From: an uncultured Chloroflexia bacterium
GTDB lineage: Bacteria; Chloroflexota; Anaerolineae; Anaerolineales; UBA4823
DNA length: 64,000 nt
Assembly: GCA_963828845.1 (NCBI GenBank)
Contig: CAWHGE010000017.1
Coordinates: 8,981 to 72,980, forward strand
Direction: 5' to 3'
Shown here: positions 56,803-64,000 of the stretch, one piece after another
How the letters are laid out: the number at the start of each line of letters is the position of its first letter
How positions within the stretch are numbered: position 1 is the first letter of the stretch
Made by a program: the position numbers and the translations under genes
Notes under the pieces: model-generated
Told to the model about the DNA's origin: nothing
Seen by the model: only the letters and a program-made list of their open reading frames with translations
The model's database searches: none

Positions 56803-58822
56803 GCCACTCCCTGCTGTGGCATTACCGGCATTTTCAATGCTGACATTATTCCGACAATTTCAGCCAGGACCTGGTCTTGGGTAAAGCCATTTTGGATGGC
56901 TGCTTGAGCCAGACAAGCGGCAACACAGGTTCCACACCCTTTACATAACACTTCATTTACGCTAGACACCAAACGCCCATCCAGTTCCACCATTTCAATG
57001 GCATGGTACGGGCAAACTGTCTCGCAAGTGCGGCATCCACAGCATTTGGATTGGTCAATGTAGGTTGTGAATGGTTCCAGGGTGACATACCCAGCATCCA
57101 TCAGTGAAAGGGCTACTGAAGCGGCTGCGCCACCTTGGGCAACGCTATCGGGGATATCTTTCGGTCCCTGGCATGCGCCTGCCAGGTACACGCCATCCGT
57201 CGTGGTCTCCACTGGTGCCAGTTTGGGATGTTTTTCAAGGAAGAAACCATCGGGTCCACGACTGATGCTGAAGGTCTGTGCCACCTGGGCTGCGTCTGCT
57301 TGCGGCTCAATCCCTGTGCTCAGCACCACCATATCAACCAGCACATCATTGGGTTCTCCCGTGTAGAGGTCAGTCGTTGACACCTTGAGCTGGCCGTTAT
57401 GACGGCTGACCTGCAAGCCTCCCCCGGGATTTCTTGGTCAAAGCGGGTGAAGTGCACCCCGGCACGCGCCACACGTTCGTAGAAGGCTTCGTATCCCTTA
57501 CCAAAAGCACGCATATCGCGATAGTACTCGTAAACCTCAGCCCCCACATAATCGCGCACCAGCTGCGCCAGCTTGAGCGAGTACATACAGCACACCCTGG
57601 AGCAGTATTCGTGATAATCTTTATTACGGCTGCCAACACAGTGCACGATAGCAACACTCTTCGGACTGCGACCATCTTTGAGTAATACCTCGCCGGTGGT
57701 TGGACCGCCGGTATTGATTAATCGCTCCAGTTCCATGCTGGTCAAAACATTTTCCAATACTCCATAGCCGTATTGTTCTATCCGGCGAGCGTCAAAATCC
57801 TTGAAACCGGTAGCCAGGATGATCGCTCCTGCTTTCAGATCGATAAATTCTTCCTTCTGCTCGAAATTGATCGATCCAGTTTGGCAGAATTTCTCACAAG
57901 CGCGACATTTCCCTTTTTGGAAGTAAGCGCAGTTTTGTTTGTCAATTATCGGTACGCGTGGCACAGCTTGGGCAAAGGGGAAGTAGATTGCAGGTCGGGT
58001 TCCCAATCCCAGGTCGAACTCAGACGAGATCTTTTTCCAAGGGCATTTTTCCACACACGTGCCACAACCAGTACATGTTTCTTCGTCCACATAGCGTGGT
58101 TTTCGGCGCACCTTGACGGTGAAATTACCTACGAAGCCGGAAACTGATTCGACCTCGCTATTGCTCAGCAGGGTGATGTTTTCGTGGCGTCCAACGGACA
58201 CCATTTTGGGTGTGAGTATTCAGGCAGCACAGTCTAGGGTAGGGAAGGTCTTGTAAAGCTGGGTCATATGCCCGCCGATGCTGGGTTGCCTTTCCACCAG
58301 GTACACATGCTTTCCGGCATCCGCCAGGCGGAGTGCAGCCTCAATCCCGGCGATACCTGCCCCCACCACCACGGCAGCTTGCTTCATCTCCACCTGGCGG
58401 GATTCCAGTGGGTTGTGGTACTGCACACGATTAACCGCTGCGGAGAGGAGTGCTTTAGCCTTATGAGTGGCAGTGACAGGATCTTCCGAAACCCACGCAC
58501 ATTGTTCGCGGATGTTCGTCATGTGGAATAAAAACGGATTCAGTCCTGCTTCCGCACAGGCCCGTCGAAAGGTCGTTTCGTGCATCAAGGGTGAGCATGA
58601 AGCCACTACAATGCGATCCAGGCCTTCAGTGCGGATGTCATCCTTGATGAGGGCCTGGCCTGGGTCAGAACACATATAAGCATAATGACGGGCGACCACC
58701 ACATGCTCTAATGTCGCTGCATAGCTTGCCACTGCTTCTACATCCACCGTCCCGGCAATATTAGTACCGCAATGGCAAATATATACGCCAATCTTGGGGC
58801 CGTCTCTGTTGGTTGGTTTCAT
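56799..58822 (-). CDS. hdrA: Heterodisulfide reductase subunit A, selenoprotein (Sec 58220-58222); one frameshift
   Basis: VYICHCGTNIA, GAGIAG, KTFPTLDCAA-TGA-ILTPKM in frame, CSRVCCMYS, ACQGPKDIP. Confidence 0.9.
58185..58203 (-). promoter_or_regulatory. Candidate SECIS hairpin in hdrA
   Basis: tggtgtcc-gtt-ggacgcca starting 17 nt after UGA. Confidence 0.75.
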
Positions 58823-59026
58823 CCGGTGTTTCTCCTTATGTATAAAATACCTGAGGTAAAAAAGACACCTGATAAAATAATGGTCAAATATTTATAAATT
58901 TATTGACATAAACACTAATAGGTCGCTCGGCGCTTACCTGCTGTAGAAAGCGACAGAATGGGTGAAACCTTGCATCTGGTAGCTTACGGATCCCGCTACC
59001 CGCATAGGGTTTCCTCTCTAGCATAC

Positions 59027-59064
59027 TTGTGCAAGGATGCACAATCTAGTGTAATATAGCACAA
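59027..59064. promoter_or_regulatory. Rex-like operator plus a weaker adjacent copy
   Basis: TTGTGCA-agga-TGCACAA (59027-59044) resembles TTGTGAAnnnnTTCACAA; ttgtgctatattacacta (minus, 59047-59064). Confidence 0.65.
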
Positions 59065-59164
59065 AATAGATAGGATGAAAGTGACAAATGTAAGGTTTCG
59101 TGAAGCCAGCCTGGCTGGTATCAGATAGCCGTCTGAGAAGTCACATTGCGATGGTTCGCAGGAA

Positions 59165-59944
59165 TTAGATGTCCCCTGTTTCAGCTAATTTTCTGACACT
59201 TCTTAAAAATGCAGGTGTATTCAATCCACGCTCAAGTAAGTAGGTGAGATAGTTCCCCATCAAGTTTTCCAGCTCACGATCTACGGCTGAAGATAACCGG
59301 GCACGCTGCGCTTCAGCATAATTTGAGCGTTGGAAGTGGCGTAGAATTCTTAATGCTGGCATACTCACCGGGCGCACCCCAGCCTCTTTAGCCCCACATT
59401 TTGGGCATATAACTCCCCCTTTTTCAAATGAAATGAATTGGTCTTCAGCTTGAATTTCCTCTCCGCAGTTCACACAATGAACTAGCTGAGGACGAAAGCC
59501 AACCAGGTCAAGTAACCTGACTTCATAATATCGCACTGCAAATGCCGGGTCTGCTTCCTTATTGATGCGGGATAGGGTTTCGCTCAACAAACGATATAGA
59601 CCAATATTCTCGCCCTCTTCGTAAGTAAATCGGTCCAATAACTCGATGGTGTATGAAGCATATCCCAAACGAACCAGGTCTTCCCGCAATGTCAGGTAGG
59701 CATCCTTCGCCTCAGCCTGCGTTACGATAGGTAGATCACGCCCATGCGCCAGCTGCAATTCAACCCGCGTGAAGGGTTCCAGATGCCCGGCTTTTCGTGA
59801 ACGTGGTTTGCGCACGCCCTTTGCCACAACCTGCACTTTGCCAATCTCACGCGTGAAAAGCCACAGGAGACGGTCAGCCTCACCCCAATCGGTATGGCGT
59901 AGTACGATGGCTTCAACCCTTCGCGAGCGGACACGTGATGGCAT
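59165..59944 (-). CDS. recO: DNA repair protein RecO
   Basis: AIVLRHTDWGEADRL, AKGVRKPRSR, CVNC/CPKC zinc finger. Confidence 0.95.
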   Translation of the reverse strand: MPSRVRSRRVEAIVLRHTDWGEADRLLWLFTREIGKVQVVAKGVRKPRSRKAGHLEPFTRVELQLAHGRDLPIVTQAEAKDAYLTLREDLVRLGYASYTIELLDRFTYEEGENIGLYRLLSETLSRINKEADPAFAVRYYEVRLLDLVGFRPQLVHCVNCGEEIQAEDQFISFEKGGVICPKCGAKEAGVRPVSMPALRILRHFQRSNYAEAQRARLSSAVDRELENLMGNYLTYLLERGLNTPAFLRSVRKLAETGDI

Positions 59945-59960
59945 AGGTTTATTATAATCG

Positions 59961-59989
59961 TTGACTCACAGCCTACTTCCTGGTAAAAT
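59961..59989 (+). promoter_or_regulatory. Sigma70-type promoter of rplI
   Basis: TTGACT-17 nt-TAAAAT. Confidence 0.65.
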
Positions 59990-60058
59990 CTCCCCTTGCC
60001 TGAGGCGTTGTACCCTTCGCCCAGGCAAAATTTTGCAAATACCGAAAGGGCTTGAGAA

Positions 60059-60601
60059 ATGAAAGTACTCCTCCTGAAAGATGTTTACAAACTAGGCCGG
60101 GCAGGCGATGTTAAACGGGTAGCCGATGGTTACGGTCGAAATTACCTGCTTCCTCAGGGTATGGCTGTTTTAGCGACTACCGAAGCACTCAAAATGTCTG
60201 AACGCATCAGAGAGAAAGCCAACGTGCAGCGCGCCATTGTCAATCAAGAAATGGATGCTGTTGCCAAACAGATTGCCGGGCTCACCCTGGTCTTTCCAGC
60301 CAAGGCTTCAGAGACTGGCAAGTTGTATGGCTCCGTGACCACACAAATGATTGCCGATGCCATCAAAGCCAAATCGGGTGTGGAAGTTGCCCGGCGTCAG
60401 ATAGATTCTCAACCGCTACGCATGCTGGGTGAATATAAAGTGCATATCCGACTTACGGTTGATCTAATCCCCACCATCGATGTGATCGTACACCGTGAAG
60501 GTGAAGCCATCAGTGCGACAGTTCCAACCAAAGCTACCCCTCCAGTGGCTGAAGAAGCTGTGGTGGAACCCGAACCCGCTGTCGAATCAGAAACTGAATG
60601 A
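60059..60601 (+). CDS. rplI: 50S ribosomal protein L9
   Basis: MKVLLLKDVYKLGRAGDVKRVADGYGRNYLLP, GKLYGSVT. Confidence 0.97.
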   Translation: MKVLLLKDVYKLGRAGDVKRVADGYGRNYLLPQGMAVLATTEALKMSERIREKANVQRAIVNQEMDAVAKQIAGLTLVFPAKASETGKLYGSVTTQMIADAIKAKSGVEVARRQIDSQPLRMLGEYKVHIRLTVDLIPTIDVIVHREGEAISATVPTKATPPVAEEAVVEPEPAVESETE

Positions 60602-60699
60602 CCATTTTTGTTGGTTAAAGAACAACGGGTGCTTGATGGGTGTAATCATCCTTGCAAAGCACCCGTATTGTCGTTTAAGCCTGCTGTATAATACAGTCG

Positions 60700-62011
60700 A
60701 TGTCCATCGGTACGCAACTCCGTCAAGCGCGTGAAGCGCAGTCTATTAGCCTGGATCAGGTAGCTCAAGCAACCCATATCCGTTTGCACTATCTTGGAAG
60801 CATTGGAAGCGGATCAGTTCGAAATGCTTCCCTCTTCCGCACAATTGCGTGGCTTCCTGCGTGCCTATGGGGATTACTTAAAGCTAAATTCAGGGGAGCT
60901 GGTCAGGTCTCTGGAAAAGGATTCAACCGTTAGCCCGATCTTATCCAGCCCTCCCACACCATTAGGTGAAATCAGTGAGGCGTTAACCAATTCAGATGCC
61001 ATCTTTAAGGAGATTGGGCACAAACTTCAATCCCAGCGTGAGTTAATGGGTCTATCACTTGGGGATGTCGAGCGTCACACCCACATCCGCATGCATTATA
61101 TCCGAGCGCTCGAAGATGGTGATATTTCCCATTTGCCTTCCCCTGTTCAAGGAAGGGGCATGTTAAGTAATTATGCCTCTTTTCTCGGTCTCAACACAGA
61201 GACTATTTTGTTACGTTTTGCGGATGGATTACAGGCCAGTCTCTATGACCGTCAGGCGGCACGGAACACATCCCCTCCCGGAGCACGCGATAAAGAAACT
61301 GGCAGGATACCGGCCAGACCTTCACAGCTAAAGCGACTGTTCTCGATGGATTTATTCCTTGGCGGTTTTCTTATTATTTTCCTTTTGGGTTTCACCATTT
61401 GGGGTGCATTACGGATATCAAAATTGCATTCCGGCCAGGAACCTTCCCTAACTGCGCCTCCGGTGTCTGAAATCTTATTGTCCACCCCTGCTGAAAGCCT
61501 TTTTGGCACACCCACACTCGTCTCGAGCAGTGTGATCTCAACTGCATCAACGCCTATTAATGATGCCCCACTCATCACAGGCACAGTCCAGGTAAATCAG
61601 AACGAGACCCCCGTTGTATTCGAACCCACGCCAGCTCTTGAGAATGCACCCGTTCAGGTTTATGTTGTCGCCCAGCAGCGAGCCTGGATGCGGGTCACCG
61701 TAGATGGCGAGATCGCGTTCGAGGGCAGGGTGATACCTGGCAGTGCCTATTCTTTTGCCGGGAATGAGCGCATCGAAATTCTGACCGGAGATGGCGCTGG
61801 CTTGCAGGTGTATTTTAACCAACAAGACTTGGGATTGTTGGGTGCTTTCGGAGAAGTGATTGAGCGTGTCTATTCCATCGAAGGTGTCCAAACTGCCACG
61901 CCTGCAGTGCCATTTACCAGCACCCCAGTTCCGACCAGCACGGTCACTCCCACACCCATAACAACACCTTCGAGTGTACCAGTTACTCCATCCCCAACAC
62001 CCAAACCATAA
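60700..62011 (+). CDS. RodZ-like protein (two HTH domains, TM, DUF4115); frameshift near 60795
   Basis: IGTQLRQARE..SLDQVAQATHIR, second IGHKLQSQRE..THIR, TM, RAWMRVTVDG. Confidence 0.8.
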
Positions 62012-62022
62012 CTATTAGCAAT

Positions 62023-63364
62023 ATGAAGAATAAATCATTTCATATGATATCCCTTGGCTGCGCCAAGAATACAGTTGATTCAGCTTCCATGGCTCAAATA
62101 TTGGGCAATGCAGGATACCTAATCCACCGACCAGCCTTCCAAAGCCAGAGTGTTGATTGTCAACACTTGCGGTTTCATCGGTCCAGCGAGGGAAGAGTCT
62201 TTTGAGGTCCTCCAGGAGATGGCTGACAATAAACAGCCTGGCCAAATATTGATTGCTGCTGGATGCCTCACCCAACGTTATGGAGCTGAGGTGGCTCGTA
62301 GGGTCCATGGAATCGATGGCATCCTGGGCACGCGCCGTTGGATGGACATCCTTGACGTGGTGGATGCATTACGCCATGGAAAGCATCCTGCACCCCTTTA
62401 TCATCTTCCGGATGTATCAACAGTTGGCACGGATGAGCATGGGCGTCCTGCGCGCAGGCATCCAGGGTCATAGTGCATTCGTAAAGATTGCAGATGGATG
62501 TCGCCGTCCGTGTGCTTTTTGTGCCATACCACTGATCAAAGGTACAGCGGTCAGCCGCCCATCGGATGTGATTGTTAATGAGGCACGCCAGTTGAGCGCA
62601 AATGGGAATGCATGAGCTTAACCTGATTGCTCAAGATACGACTGATTATGGTTATGATCTTGGGATGAAAGATGGATTGGCGTACCTGCTTGAGCAAATT
62701 ATAAAAACTGTGTCCGGATATCGATTGGATCCGCATTATGTATGCCTACCCCGGCTATGTGACCGATCGTCTGATTGACGTCATGGCATCCAGTCCACAG
62801 ATCCTGCCCTATCTGGATATGCCCCTCCAACATGCGCACCCCGATACCTTACGCCGGATGAAACGACCCGCCAATATGGATTGGGTGCATCGTACCTTAG
62901 TAGAAAATGCGTACTGCCATGCCTGAACTGGCATTGCGGACGACATTCATTGTTGGATACCCCGGGGAAACGGAAGCAAGAGTTTCAGACCCTGTTGGAT
63001 TTCGTCAAAGAGATCCGTTTTGACCGGGTGGGAACCTTCCCTTTCTCTTTTGAGCCTGGTACTGCCAGTGAGCCTTTGGGTGACCCTGTTCCACAAGAAG
63101 TTAAAGGAAGAGCGCTACGATCGCTTGATGACCCTCCAACAGGGGATATCACTTGAGCGTAACCAAAGTTTCATGGGTAAGACTTTAGAAGTGCTATTTG
63201 AGGGGCACGGAGATGGGTTATCGATGGGGCGTAGCTATCGCGATGCACCCGAGATCGATGGATTGGTGATTGTGGAAGGCAAGGCTCCCTTGGGGGAGCT
63301 TTTACCAGTGCGCATCACCGGTGCAATGACTTACGATTTGAGTGGAGTGTTGATGGTAAGTTAG
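62023..63364 (+). CDS. rimO: Ribosomal protein S12 methylthiotransferase; frameshifted
   Basis: [49 protein letters not shown]. Confidence 0.92.
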
Positions 63365-63393
63365 TCAGAGACGGAATATTAATCTGTTAAAAG

Positions 63394-63432
63394 GATGAAC
63401 GCCTGGGTGAGGGGGGCACCCAGACGTTCATC
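63394..63432. terminator. Stem-loop between convergent rimO and tRNA
   Basis: gatgaacgcctgggtg/cacccagacgttcatc. Confidence 0.55.
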
Positions 63433-63501
63433 GCTTGCAATAATACCTGATTGTTTGAATTTTGACAAGGGTGAAAAGATGAATTGTAAGACAACTTTAA
63501 G

Positions 63502-63574
63502 CGCCCCAGGCGGGAGTCGAACCCACAACCTCGGCCTTAGGAGAGCCTCGCTCTATCCTTTGAGCTACTGGGGC
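63502..63574 (-). tRNA. tRNA-Arg (anticodon CCT), CCA not encoded
   Basis: GCCCCAG/CTGGGGC acceptor stem, TAGCTCAAAGGATAGAGC D arm, loop CTCCTAA, GGTTCGACTCC T arm. Confidence 0.92.
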
Positions 63575-63672
63575 TTTCGCCCGAGATTATAGCATGGAAA
63601 CTTCCCTTGACAACGAAAACTTCCCGGGCTCATCTACTGCCCGGGAAGCCGAGATGCAAGCCTGGAATTGAA

Positions 63673-64000
63673 TTAAACCAATCGACCGGTGATAATAGCA
63701 GCCTTCACCTCACCAATCGCCTGGGTGATCTCAATCTCACGCGGGCAGCATTCGGTGCAGTTAAAGATCGTATGGCAGCGATACACACCAAATTGATCAT
63801 TTAAGATCCTCAGGCGTTCAGCCGCCGCCTTGTCGCGGCTATCGAAAATAAAGCGATGGGCAGCCACAATGGCCGCTGGTCCAACATATTGGTCACTTGC
63901 CCAGAAGGATGGGCAGGAGGTGGTGCAGCAGGCGCACAGGATGCACTTGGTGGTATCGTCGAAACGTTCGCGCTCTTCGATGCTTTGCAGGCGCTCCTGA
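63673..64000 (-). CDS. sdhB: Succinate dehydrogenase/fumarate reductase Fe-S subunit, C-terminal part
   Basis: CILCACCTTSCP, RFIFDSRD, RCHTIFNCTECCP; runs off window edge. Confidence 0.9.
   Translation of the reverse strand, partial: QERLQSIEERERFDDTTKCILCACCTTSCPSFWASDQYVGPAAIVAAHRFIFDSRDKAAAERLRILNDQFGVYRCHTIFNCTECCPREIEITQAIGEVKAAIITGRLV

Noticed and set aside
56209..58822. Separate short HdrA N-terminal genes or nonsense pseudogenes
   Set aside because: Same TGA at a Cys position in both paralogs, in-frame continuation and conserved hairpins favour selenocysteine
63502..63574. tRNA-Arg as an island integration site
   Set aside because: Flanked by housekeeping genes; no integrase or duplicated 3' end noticed

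Overview
64-kb bacterial window, most consistent with an anaerobic Chloroflexota (Anaerolineae-like) genome; this is inferred from gene content and protein style only. Many genes are broken by single-base frameshifts (densest at 4-21 kb and 53-58 kb), so I joined ORF fragments by motif continuity. Left to right: a LuxR remnant; an ABC/CPBP operon; a ~15-kb minus-strand cluster of exported proteins (giant SdrD-B/IPT/beta-helix protein, three two-domain cupredoxin proteins, two small membrane proteins, S8 protease) downstream of a NarL-type two-component system; a second two-component system followed by a secreted NYYxGSDWIERHP-repeat peptide and a membrane protein/2xCPBP/GNAT/2x methyltransferase operon; Zn-dehydrogenase; DUF2807 lipoprotein; USP + cyclic beta-1,2-glucan synthase; B12 radical SAM; EamA; DsbA-like selenoprotein; alr; an hdrA-hdrL-flxCD-flxB-flxA cluster with Sec codons and Rex-like boxes; recO, rplI, rodZ, rimO, tRNA-Arg(CCT) and partial sdhB. 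Best novelty candidate: the three cupredoxin proteins carry complementary copper-ligand sets, suggesting a heterotrimeric split multicopper oxidase with one catalytic site.
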